IMG/VR virus record: IMGVR_UViG_2531839374_000011
Direction: 5' to 3' (one strand)
DNA: 24,188 nucleotides
Source of the DNA: a virus
Taxonomy: Duplodnaviria > Heunggongvirae > Uroviricota > Caudoviricetes
The notes beneath the pieces are model-generated. The model did not search any database, was not told the DNA's origin, and saw only the letters and a list, made by a program, of their open reading frames with translations. Of the stretch, positions 1-10,345 are shown piece after piece. The translations under genes were made by a program, and so were the position numbers. How positions within the stretch are numbered: the stretch's first letter is position 1; each line of letters begins with the position of its first letter.

Positions 1-375
<375 letters not shown>

Positions 376-1237
376 CAAACGTATGGCGCAGAACGTGTGT
401 GAGTTGACCGCGAGGGAGCACGATAGACGTTTTTTCCATCACGGATAAAAATTGAAAATAGCAGTCTGTGAAGAAATTGAACCCATCAAGCGCCATGATC
501 TCTTCGTAAAGCTCTTTACTGATAGGGATGCTTCTGTTTTTCTTCCCCTTCGTTCTGACAAAGGTAATTCGGTATTTGGTCACCTGTGAGCGGGTAAGAT
601 TTACGGCTTCACGCTAGCGTGCGCCTGTGCTTAAGCATATCTTAACTACCAGTGCCAGAATTGGGTCCTGACGTTTGCAATCAGCCAGCAATTCAACAAT
701 CTGCTCATGGGTAAGCCATGCCATCTCTTTTTCTGCGATGGTGAATTTTCGCATGTTCTCCAGTGGGTTCGGATACGACCATTCGCCCAGACGGGATAGT
801 TCGCTAAAAACACTACTTAGATAGCTTTGCTCCAGGTTAATGGTGACCGGGCTTGCTCCTTTCTTCCATTTCTCGCTGAAGTAGATCCCGCCTGTCAGGC
901 GTTTATCTCGATAGTGGGCAAACATTTTAGAGGTGAGATCGGTTGCAAGAGGATTGCCCAGAGCGTCAACCATCAACAGCAATTTGTCATAGACATGCTG
1001 CCCAGCTGTCAGAGATTTACCATGTAGTTTGAACCATAGCTCAACCACGTCTTTCAGTGTTCGACGATCCACTGATTCACCCAGCCAGGGCTTTGCTTCG
1101 GTTTCTTCCATCGTGTGGCGCTCAAAAGCCAGTGCTTCGCCTTTGGTGGCGAATTGTTTACGCACACGACGCCCACTTCGTCCGGCGGGGTAACATTCGC
1201 AAAGCCATTTCCCAGTGGTGAGTTTTCGTACTGCCAT
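376..1237 (-). pseudogene. int: P2/186-type tyrosine integrase, disrupted (in-frame TAG at 614-616, 3' end cut by IS911 at 375)
   Basis: N-terminus MAVRKLTTGKWLCECYPAGRSGRRVRKQF... preceded by GGAGGG RBS; track ORFs 614..1393 and 284..583 are in the same frame separated by TAG exactly where the box-I motif TGAR-W-SEA is expected; HVLRHTF (HxxR) is present but the catalytic Tyr region is replaced by the IS911 end. Confidence 0.85.
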
Positions 1238-1416
1238 AAAAAATGCCCTCCAGTAGAGAGTATTTTTACTGTATGTATAACCAGTGTCAATGTATGAAAT
1301 CCTACGACCATACATCTCACTGAAGCCATAATGAAGTTGGCTATTCTTTTTGCTATGTGAGCATGTAACTTTTGCGGTTAACCTGCGGCTCATTTTTATT
1401 TTAGACGCAGATATAA

Positions 1417-1425
1417 AAGCAAAAG
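1417..1425. repeat. 9-bp target-site duplication AAGCAAAAG (left) of IS1 copy 1
   Basis: Identical 9-mer immediately flanks both IS1 ends (1417-1425 and 2195-2203). Confidence 0.9.
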
Positions 1426-2194
1426 GGTAATGACTCCAACTTACTGATAGTGTTTTATGTTCAGATAATGCCCGATGACCTTGTCATGCAGCTCCACCGA
1501 TTTTGAGAACGACAGTGACTTCCGTCCCAGCCTTGCCAGATGTTGTCTCAGATTCAGATTATGTCGCTCAATGCGCTGAGTGTAACGCTTGCTGATAACG
1601 TGCAGCTTTCCCTTCAGGCGTGATTCATACAGCGGCCAGCCATCCGTCATCCATACCACGACCTCAAAGGCCGACAGCAGGCTCAGAAGACGCTCCAGTG
1701 TGGCCAGAGTGCGTTCACCGAAGACGTGCGCCACAACCGTCCTCCGTATCCTGTCATACGCGTAAAACAGCCAGCGCTGACGTGATTTAGCACCGACGTA
1801 GCCCCACTGTTCGTCCATTTCAGCGCAGACAATCACATCACTGCCCGGTTGTATGCGCGAGGTTACCGACTGCGGCCTGAGTTTTTTAAGTGACGTAAAA
1901 CCGTGTTCGAGGCCAACGCCCATAATGCGTGCACTGGCGCGACATCCGACGCCATTCATGGCCATATCAATGATTTTCTGGTGCGTACCGGGCTGAGAGG
2001 CGGTGTAAGTGAACTGTAGTTGCCATGTTTTACGGCAATGAGAGCAGAGATAGCGCTGATGTCCGGCAGTGCTTTTGCCGTTACGCACCACGCCTTCAGT
2101 AGCGGAGCAGGAAGGACATCTGATGGAAATGGAAGCCACGCAAGCACCTTAAAATCACCATCATACACTAAATCAGTAAGTTGGCAGCATTACC
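1426..2194 (-). mobile_element. IS1, 769 bp, with terminal inverted repeats GGTAATG(A/C)T(C/G)CCAACTTACTGAT
   Basis: Ends match the second IS1 at 20101-20868; internal proteins are identical; one extra base relative to copy 2. Confidence 0.95.
1441..2139 (-). CDS. IS1 transposase as a single fused InsAB' reading frame (232 aa)
   Basis: Continuous ORF ...[21 protein letters not shown]...; versus copy 2 the sequence GGCCTCGAACACGG carries one extra base (plus-strand C at about 1908) that places insA in the insB frame upstream of the A6C slippery run. Confidence 0.85.
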   Translation of the reverse strand: MASISIRCPSCSATEGVVRNGKSTAGHQRYLCSHCRKTWQLQFTYTASQPGTHQKIIDMAMNGVGCRASARIMGVGLEHGFTSLKKLRPQSVTSRIQPGSDVIVCAEMDEQWGYVGAKSRQRWLFYAYDRIRRTVVAHVFGERTLATLERLLSLLSAFEVVVWMTDGWPLYESRLKGKLHVISKRYTQRIERHNLNLRQHLARLGRKSLSFSKSVELHDKVIGHYLNIKHYQ

Positions 2195-2203
2195 AAGCAA
2201 AAG
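2195..2203. repeat. 9-bp target-site duplication AAGCAAAAG (right) of IS1 copy 1
   Basis: Same 9-mer as 1417-1425. Confidence 0.9.
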
Positions 2204-2395
2204 TTATCGTGAGTTTTTAGTACAGATTTTTTTGGATTTACTAATAGTTCCATCATTGCAAACAAATTTTCCATCGGAGGTACAGTGAGAGACACCTCCC
2301 TTTTTCCCAGAACAAGGATAATTTTTAGCATAGGTAGTTAGTGGGCTTAATAACAAAGAGCATGATAAAACCACAAAAAATACTTTACCAAGCAT
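2204..2395 (-). CDS. Small secreted Cys-rich protein (63 aa; predicted signal peptide ending ...TTYA, about 40-aa mature part with 4 Cys)
   Basis: ATG at 2393-2395 preceded by GGGAGGA RBS with 4-nt spacer; hydrophobic N-terminus [23 protein letters not shown]; lies in an AT-rich patch between IS1 and cI. Confidence 0.5.
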   Translation of the reverse strand: MLGKVFFVVLSCSLLLSPLTTYAKNYPCSGKKGGVSHCTSDGKFVCNDGTISKSKKICTKNSR

Positions 2396-2410
2396 AGTTT
2401 CCTCCCGGTA

Positions 2411-2986
2411 TTATCTAACATATTTAACTGTTAAACTTATAATTTTACCAATTATTTCAATGTCTTCTATCTTACATTCGAAGGCTCTGTTTCCACCCTC
2501 GACGAAGATTCTTCCACCGGGTAAACGAGTAATGTCACGGATCGTTACTTCGCCATCAATACTTATTACCCATTTACCATCACGTATGTCATCAAATTCT
2601 TTATCACAAATAAATTCAGAATTGTTATCTGTGATGACAAAAGGTTTTTTAAACGTAGAGGGTAGAAATCCCTTATCAAAAATATAAAAACCGTCTTCAC
2701 GCAAGGCACCATCAGATAATACATATTTAGCAACTTCCATAGTATTTGTATTACCTGAAGTTTGCTTTGAACCATGTCCGGTTGTGAGCCAATTAAGCGA
2801 GGTGCCCGTTTCAAGGGCGCACTGGATTACCCATTCTGCTGGGAATGAGTCACGCATGTAGCGTGTGGCGAGTGTACTTTTAGAGATTCCTAAATGATCG
2901 CACAACGCCTGTCGAGTCTTGAATCCATAAGCTTCTACCATGCGCTCTATGGCGCCTCGTCCGCCTTTCTCCAAATTCATGGTCAC
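2411..2986 (-). CDS. cI: Phage 186 CI-like immunity repressor (191 aa), apparently intact
   Basis: EAYGF...LGISKSTLATRYMR...CALETG...NWLTTG N-terminal HTH pattern and ...LPGGRIFVEGG..FECKIEDIEIIG C-terminal pattern as recalled for 186 CI; position between int and a divergently transcribed apl-like gene. Confidence 0.75.
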   Translation of the reverse strand: MTMNLEKGGRGAIERMVEAYGFKTRQALCDHLGISKSTLATRYMRDSFPAEWVIQCALETGTSLNWLTTGHGSKQTSGNTNTMEVAKYVLSDGALREDGFYIFDKGFLPSTFKKPFVITDNNSEFICDKEFDDIRDGKWVISIDGEVTIRDITRLPGGRIFVEGGNRAFECKIEDIEIIGKIISLTVKYVR

Positions 2987-3004
2987 TCCAAGTGAACTTT
3001 TATC

Positions 3005-3033
3005 TTGACGATTTCACTGTGCAATCGTATGTT
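3005..3033 (+). promoter_or_regulatory. Candidate sigma70 promoter, rightward (pR-like), in the cI/apl switch region
   Basis: TTGACG (3005-3010), 17-bp spacer, TATGTT (3028-3033), about 70 bp upstream of the apl-like start. Confidence 0.45.
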
Positions 3034-3105
3034 TATGGTGTTCACAAAATACAAACGATCCGTATTCGTCCTGATTAATCATCATTAAACGAGGAATGTT
3101 GCATC

Positions 3106-3327
3106 ATGAGACCTAACATTTCAATCACTCTTACCACGCCTCATGTGACTATTGAACGCTATAGCGAGCTGACAGGGCTATCCATCGATACCATCAATGA
3201 CATGTTGGCTGATGGACGCCTTATCCGTCACCGTCTGCGCAAAGATAAAAAACGCGAAAAAGTGATGATCAACATAGCAGCAATGACCGTTGATGCGCTT
3301 TCAGAATGCAATCTAAACCTTAATTAG
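3106..3327 (+). CDS. Apl/Cox-like small DNA-binding protein (excisionase/repressor of lysogenic promoter), 73 aa
   Basis: Size, basic C-terminus and position first in the rightward early operon opposite cI; assignment is by synteny with 186 rather than recognised sequence. Confidence 0.5.
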   Translation: MRPNISITLTTPHVTIERYSELTGLSIDTINDMLADGRLIRHRLRKDKKREKVMINIAAMTVDALSECNLNLN

Positions 3328-3353
3328 TTCGATTCTGAAATACATCAGAGGCA

Positions 3354-3536
3354 TTGACCATGTTTGATTACCAAGTTTCCAAACATCCACATTTTGATGA
3401 AGCCTGTCGTGCATTTGCACTGCGCCACAATCTGGTGCAACTGGCAGAACGTGCAGGCATGAATGTGCAGATTCTGCGGAACAAGCTGAACCCAGCTCAG
3501 CCTCATTTATTAACCGCACCAGAAATCTGGCTGCTT
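3354..3536 (+). pseudogene. cII: 186 CII-like lysogeny-establishment regulator, truncated after residue 61 by IS911
   Basis: [26 protein letters not shown]...[23 protein letters not shown] matches the recalled 186 CII N-terminus; the reading frame runs directly into the IS911 terminal repeat at 3537. Confidence 0.75.
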
Positions 3537-3608
3537 TGAAGTGGCACACTGAATTTGGCCACCTGAACAGAGGTGATATGCTCACCTCAGAACAACACAG
3601 GTGCTCCA

Positions 3609-4777
<1,169 letters not shown>

Positions 4778-4785
4778 CCACTTCA

Positions 4786-5425
4786 CGCCAGAGTTTTATT
4801 TGAGATCGCAAACAGGGAGGTGGCTTATTACAACATAAGGCAGGAGTTTAATTACTCAACTGAAATTACTGATTTCATGAAAGCGGTATATTTCCTGTAT
4901 CTCAATCGTCACGGTTACCGTGGTTTATGTCGCTATAACAAGAGCGGGCATTTCAACATTCCCTACGGCAATTATAAAAATCCGTATTTCCCTGAAAAAG
5001 AAATTCGCGCATTTGCAGAAAAAGCCCAGCGAGCAACGTTTATCTGCGCCAGCTTTGATGAAACGCTGGCGATGTTGAAGGCGGGGGATGTGGTGTATTG
5101 CGATCCACCGTATGACGGTACGTTTTCCGGCTATCACACTGATGGTTTCACTGAAGATGACCAGTATCACCTAGCATCCGTTCTTGAACATCGGTCATCA
5201 GAAGGACATCCGGTCATTGTTTCTAACAGTGACACATCCCTGATCCGTTCGCTGTATCGCAATTTTACTCACCACTATATCAAGGTAAAACGCAGCATCG
5301 GTGTGGCAGCTGGCGAGGGTAAATCAGCAACAGAAATCATTGCTGTTTCCGGGCCGCGCTGCTGGGTGGGATTTGATTATTCGCGTGGCGTGGATAGTTC
5401 TGCCGTGTACGGAGTACGTGCATGA
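4786..5425 (+). pseudogene. dam: Dam-like N6-adenine DNA methyltransferase lacking its N-terminal about 90 residues (removed by IS911)
   Basis: ...[22 protein letters not shown]...VYCDPPY... aligns with E. coli Dam from about residue 95 (FRRAVLFLYLNRYGYNGLCRYN...VYCDPPY); the frame is open back to the IS911 end at 4785 and the SAM-binding motif I region is absent. Confidence 0.85.
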
Positions 5426-7835
5426 GCCATGCCGATATGAACAACTGCTGCGGCTTTAACGAGGCTGCCGCAGCGTTCTCATGGAACAGCCCGAAAAAGG
5501 CCATTAACCCTTATCTGGACCCGGCGGAAGTTGCGCCGGTTTCTGCGCTTTCAAACCTGATCACTCTGTACGCTGCCGATAACGAGCAGGAACAGTTGCG
5601 CCGCGAGGCACTGAGTGATCAGGTCTGGGAGCGTTATTTTTTTATGAATCACGTGATCCTGTCCAGCACGAAATGGAGCAGGATAAGCTCATTAGCCGGG
5701 CAAAGCTGGCGCATGAGCAGCAGCGTTTTAATCCGGATATGGTCATTCTGGCGGACGTCAACGCCCAGCCTTCCCATATCAGCAAGCCGCTGATGCAACG
5801 TATTGAATACTTCAGCAGCCTGGGCAGGCCAAAGGCTTATTCCCGCTATTTACGTGAGACGATTAAGCCATGTCTGGAACGACTGGAGCATGTACGCGAC
5901 AGCCAGCTATCTGCATCTTTTCGTTTTATGGCAAGCCATGTAGGGCTGGACGGCCTGCTGATTCTGCCTGAAATGAGTCAGGATCAGGTGAAACGCCTGT
6001 CTACCCTTGTCGCTGCGCATATGAGCATGTGCCTTGATGCAGCTTGTGGTGATTTGTATGCCACCGATGACGTTAAGCCAGAAGAAATCCGCAAGACATG
6101 GGAAAAGGTGGCAGCGGAAACCCTGCGTCTGGATGTCATCCCGCCTGCGTTTGAGCAACTCCGTCGGAAAAGAAACCGCCGTAAACCCGTGCCCTATGAA
6201 CTCATTCCGGGTTCGCTGGCGCGTATGTTGTGCGCCGACTGGTGGTACCGGAAATTATGGAAAATGCGTTGCGAATGGCGGGAAGAGCAGTTGCGTGCTG
6301 TCTGCCTGGTCAGCAAAAAAGCATCTCCCTATGTCAGCTATGAAGCCGTGATGCATAAACGTGAGCAGCGCCGCAAGTCATTGGAGTTTTTCCGTTCTCA
6401 TGAACTGGTGAACGAAGAGGGCGACACGCTGGATATGGAAGACGTGGTAAACGCCAGCAGCAGCAACCCGGCGCACCGCCGCAATGAGATGATGGCCTGT
6501 GTTAAAGGTCTGGAGCTTATCGCGGAAATGCGCGGTGACTGCGCCGTTTTCTACACCATTACCTGTCCGTCACGTTTCCATTCCACGCTCAATAACGGCA
6601 GACCAAACCCAACCTGGACAAATGCGACGGTAAGACAAAGCAGCGATTATCTGGTCGGCATGTTTGCTGCATTTCGTAAGGCGATGCACAAAGCCGGGTT
6701 GCGCTGGTATGGCGTGCGGGTGGCTGAGCCGCATCATGACGGTACAGTTCACTGGCACCTGTTGTGTTTTATGCGCAAAAAAGACCGCCGCGCCATTACT
6801 GCATTGTTGCGTAAGTTTGCCATCCGTGAAGACCGCGAGGAACTGGGTAATAACACTGGTCCACGCTTTAAATCTGAGCTGATAAACCCGCGCAAAGGAA
6901 CGCCGACAAGCTACATCGCGAAATACATCAGTAAGAACATTGACGGGCGTGGTCTGGCTGGCGAGATCAGCAAGGAAACGGGTAAATCCCTGCGTGATAA
7001 CGCTGAATACGTTAATCCCTGGGCGTCTCTGCATCGTGTTCAGCAATTCCGCTTCTTTGGTATTCCAGGGCGTCAGGCTTACCGTGAACTGCGGTTGTTG
7101 GCTGGTCAGGCGGCAAGGCAGCAGGGTGACAAAAAAGCAGGTGCGCCGGTACTGGATAACCCGCGCCTTGATGCCATCCTGGCTGCTGCTGATGCTGGCT
7201 GTTTTGCCACCTACATTATGAGGCAGGGCGGCGTGCTGGTTCCTCGCAAATATCACTTGATCAGAACCGCTTATGAAATCAATGAAGAGCCGACCGCCTA
7301 TGGCGATCACGGTATTCGTATTTATGGCATCTGGTCACCCATTGCAGAAGGCAAGATCTGCACTCATGCAGTGAAGTGGAAAATGGTTCGTAAAGCCGTT
7401 GACGTTCAGGAGGCGGCAGCCGACCAGGGCGCTTGCGCCCCTTGGACTCGTGGCAATAACTGTCTCCTTGCTGAAAATTTGAACCAACAGGAGAAAGATA
7501 AATCAGCTGATGGGAACCCCAGAACGGACATTACCAGCATGGATGACAAGGAGTTGCACGATTACCTGCACAGTATGAGCAAAAAAGAGCGCCGGGAACT
7601 GGCAGCAAGGTTACGCCTGGTGAAACCGAAACGGCGTAAAGACTACAAACAGCGAATTACAGACCATCAGCGACTGCAGCTCGTGTATGAGCTGAAGTCC
7701 AGAGGATTTGATGGCAGCGAGAAAGAGGTCGATTTACTCCTTCGCGGAGGCAGTATTCCGTCAGGAGCAGGCCTGCGTATCTTCTATCGGAACCAGCGTT
7801 TGCAGGAAGATGATCAGTGGCGGAACCTGTATTAA
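5422..7835 (+). pseudogene. Replication initiation protein (P2 gpA / 186 RepA rolling-circle endonuclease family) with a -1 frameshift in a T7 run
   Basis: Hallmark [13 protein letters not shown] and [11 protein letters not shown] motifs; N-terminal segment (track ORF 5422..5793) and main body (5673..7835) are in different frames, and both would be joined if the T7 run at 5637-5643 were T8 ([16 protein letters not shown]); start codon overlaps the dam stop (ATGA at 5422-5425). Confidence 0.85.
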
Positions 7836-7927
7836 TTACGCGGGTTAACAATTCGTGCTCTTAATAATACCAGGCATATCAGGCTGATGAACGTAAAAAA
7901 ACGTTTTACATCAGTAAGATTATTATA

Positions 7928-7947
7928 TACTGTAAATATAAACAGTG
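7928..7947. promoter_or_regulatory. LexA (SOS) box taCTGTaaatataaACAGtg
   Basis: Perfect CTGT-N8-ACAG with AT-rich spacer (CTGT 7930-7933, ACAG 7942-7945), about 45 bp upstream of the tum-like start. Confidence 0.7.
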
Positions 7948-7988
7948 GTTATGCATACAGTATTGCGTGTGGTGTCATAGGAGGAAAG

Positions 7989-8177
7989 ATGCAGGACTAT
8001 TTTTTGGAGTCTTTGAAGCTCCAGCGCATTGATTTTTTTCTTAAGCTTGTAGCGGCTAGTGAGTGTAGTGATGAAGAGAAGGGGCTGGCTCTGCAGTGGG
8101 TTTCTGAATTGACTGATGAACTCATGGCAAAAATCAGAACCCACGAATACAACCGCTCAATGGATGTCATCAGCTGA
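7989..8177 (+). CDS. SOS-regulated small protein, candidate Tum-like antirepressor (62 aa)
   Basis: ATG at 7989 with AGGAGG RBS directly downstream of the LexA box; position equivalent to 186 tum at the right end of the early region; function inferred from context only. Confidence 0.45.
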   Translation: MQDYFLESLKLQRIDFFLKLVAASECSDEEKGLALQWVSELTDELMAKIRTHEYNRSMDVIS

Positions 8178-8187
8178 GGTGACTTTT

Positions 8188-8421
8188 ATGCGCATTGAAA
8201 TAATGATCGATAAAGAGCAGAAGATTAGCCAGTCTACCCTGGACGCTCTTGAATCCGAGCTTTACCGCAATCTGCGCCCTCTGTATCCCAAAACGGTAAT
8301 TCGTATCCGCAAAGGTAGCTCTAACGGTGTGGAACTTACTGGATTGCAACTGGACGAAGAAAGAAAACAAGTGATGAAAATTATGCAGAAGGTGTGGGAA
8401 GACGACAGCTGGCTGCATTAA
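8188..8421 (+). CDS. DinI-like protein (77 aa)
   Basis: MRIEIMIDKEQKISQSTLDALESELYRNLRPLYP...KIMQKVWEDDSWL resembles E. coli DinI (MRIEVTIAK...ILQETWESADDWF); GAGG RBS overlaps the stop of the upstream gene. Confidence 0.8.
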   Translation: MRIEIMIDKEQKISQSTLDALESELYRNLRPLYPKTVIRIRKGSSNGVELTGLQLDEERKQVMKIMQKVWEDDSWLH

Positions 8422-8556
8422 GAAACGTTGCTGGCGTCTGAACTAGCTTCTGGCGTCAGCAAGGTTGAACAACGAGCCCTTGCGAGGCGTTAGCTCTGTA
8501 GTGCATGTCTATGCCGCATGAGATCGCATGATCGTTTGAGGATCGTTTTTGCTAAG

Positions 8557-8581
8557 GCCCGCCAGAACTGGCGGGCTTTTG
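8557..8581 (+). terminator. Rho-independent terminator after the tum/dinI-like operon
   Basis: GC-rich hairpin GCCCGCC-AGAACT-GGCGGGC followed by TTTT. Confidence 0.6.
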
Positions 8582-8625
8582 CGTAGATCATGCAGGTGCA
8601 TGAAAACCTCTACATAAAGCGGGCA

Positions 8626-8644
8626 GGCGTGGCGGGGATACGAT
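8626..8644. other. cos-like motif GGCGTGGCGGGGATACGAT (candidate cohesive-end site)
   Basis: First 12 nt identical to the 19-nt cohesive end I recall for 186/P2 (GGCG(T/A)GGCGGGGAAAGCA-); location between the early/right-arm genes and the portal side. Confidence 0.3.
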
Positions 8645-8713
8645 TGCGCGCTAGGTATAAGTGTGTAAAATAATTCCAAAATAAATCATCACTAATGAAG
8701 TGAGAGGGTAATA

Positions 8714-10264
8714 ATGTTAGTCAAGAAAAATAAAAATTATAGTTTATATTTTTTAATTACAAATAATCAACAGATATCTGATTCTGGTAATTATATAAAA
8801 ATAGTCCCATCAAGAAGCGATTGGAATGATTTTGGATATTTGAGTAGAGTCGAAATATCTATTTTTAATAAAAAAGAGTGTAAGGATATAATTTCACTGA
8901 ATGGTTATATTGGTTTTTTGAATTCAGAGGAGGAACGAAATGGAAAAGCAGAACTGATAAGGCGAGTGAAGAAAAAGGAAGAATCTAATTTAAAGGATGA
9001 GGGGTTTAATGATTATTTTGTCATGCTTCAGGATATGAATAATTATCGAAGACTAGTAAGATTTTTTGGGGTGAATGAATCCAAATATATATTAAATTTC
9101 ATTAATGATGTTGTTTCTAAGAAAAGTGACGCTAGTGCAGAGAATTTGAGGAAAAAAGCAATCTCTTCTGATATCTTTAATAAATCTTTCATTAGAGAGT
9201 CTGAGTCGTATTTTACTTTCAAAAATGCAGGAACAGTTCTTTCCGGTATTCAATATGAGGAGTTGGGTAATTTATCACAGCACATCAAGATTAGCTATTC
9301 GAATAAAGTTAATGAAGAAGATGTATCTTATGTTTTTAATTTTGATCACGAGCATGATTTACCAAAAAGAATTTCCATAATTATAGGCGAGAATGGTGTA
9401 GGAAAAAGCCAAACGCTTAGAGAAATCGCATTGGCTGCGATTAAAGGAAAGGATAATTTGGTGGCTGTAGTTGATTCTAACGGTGTGAGCATTGAAGAAC
9501 GAATTCAAATTAGTAGGCTCATTGCTTTTTCTCCAACAAATGAAAGTAAGTGTTCATTTCCAACCGATAAAAGAATAAAATCATTGATATGGTACAAAAG
9601 ATTGACTTTAAATCGTGAATCAAAATCCAAATTAAACTTGAATGATTTAATAGTGCAACTAGCGAGGAGTAACGACGCTATCGGCTATAATCAAAGGTGG
9701 AATATATTTGTTGATGCACTGAGTGTTCTAAATAGTAACAACGATTTAGTAATCAAATGTGGCGGTGAAAATTCACCATTTGTTAAATTAAATGAGCTTA
9801 ATTCTCGAGGCGAAGAATCTAGACTATCATTATATTCTGAAATTATTCTCTCTGGCGAGCCTTTGAGGCTTATTGAAAATAAATGTTACCCTTTGAGTAG
9901 TGGGGAAATATCGTTTATTAAGTTTTGTGTACAAGTCTGTTTGTATATTGAGAATGGGACTCTTCTATTAATAGATGAGCCAGAAACACATCTCCATCCT
10001 TCATTTATTAATAAATTTATGGCATTGCTTGATAATTTATTAGAAAAGACAGGCTCTTCAGCTATCATAGCAACGCATTCGGTTTATCTTGTTCGGGAGG
10101 TTTTTAAGGAGCAAGTGACAATACTCAGAAGACGAGATGATGGGGTAATTGTTAGCGAAAAACCGAGATTGAGTACTTTTGGGGCGAATATAGGAAATAT
10201 CTCATATTTTGTTTTCGGTGAGAGTGAACCAACTCAAATTTTAAATAAAGTAAAAACAATATAA
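8714..10264 (+). CDS. ABC-type P-loop ATPase (516 aa) with about 220-aa uncharacterised N-terminal domain; candidate defence-system ATPase
   Basis: Walker A GENGVGKSQT (near residue 225), signature-like LSSGE, Walker B LLLIDEPETHLHP, H-loop ATHSVYL; strongly AT-rich coding sequence unlike flanking phage genes; GAGAGGG RBS. Confidence 0.75.
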   Translation: MLVKKNKNYSLYFLITNNQQISDSGNYIKIVPSRSDWNDFGYLSRVEISIFNKKECKDIISLNGYIGFLNSEEERNGKAELIRRVKKKEESNLKDEGFNDYFVMLQDMNNYRRLVRFFGVNESKYILNFINDVVSKKSDASAENLRKKAISSDIFNKSFIRESESYFTFKNAGTVLSGIQYEELGNLSQHIKISYSNKVNEEDVSYVFNFDHEHDLPKRISIIIGENGVGKSQTLREIALAAIKGKDNLVAVVDSNGVSIEERIQISRLIAFSPTNESKCSFPTDKRIKSLIWYKRLTLNRESKSKLNLNDLIVQLARSNDAIGYNQRWNIFVDALSVLNSNNDLVIKCGGENSPFVKLNELNSRGEESRLSLYSEIILSGEPLRLIENKCYPLSSGEISFIKFCVQVCLYIENGTLLLIDEPETHLHPSFINKFMALLDNLLEKTGSSAIIATHSVYLVREVFKEQVTILRRRDDGVIVSEKPRLSTFGANIGNISYFVFGESEPTQILNKVKTI

Positions 10265-10345
10265 TTGCAAAGAATATGTCTTGGGATGATGTTGAATCTA
10301 AATATAGCGAGGACTTATCACTTAATGTATTAACTGCGTTGAGAA

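Noticed and set aside
1956-2168. 70-aa ORF inside IS1 (also 20127..20339) and antisense 72-aa ORF inside IS911 (112..330, 3582..3800)
   Set aside because: Alternative-frame or antisense ORFs inside well-characterised IS elements; identical in both copies only because the IS DNA is identical.
2276-2306. Hairpin GGAGGT...ACCTCC followed by T5 on the + strand, considered as a terminator
   Set aside because: It lies inside the small ORF on the opposite strand with a 12-nt loop; ambiguous, so mentioned under that finding rather than called as a feature.
5907-7310. Antisense ORFs within the replication initiator gene (5907..6158, 6570..7310) and a sense overlapping ORF (6034..6351)
   Set aside because: Embedded in a gene with strong family motifs; no independent signals.
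7887-7988. Longer version of the tum-like ORF starting at 7887 (MNVKKRF...)
   Set aside because: That start would place the LexA box inside the coding region and lacks an RBS; the ATG at 7989 with AGGAGG is preferred.
8440-8470. Direct repeat CTGGCGTC ... CTGGCGTC after the dinI-like gene
   Set aside because: Only two short copies with no dyad symmetry; insufficient to call an operator or att site.
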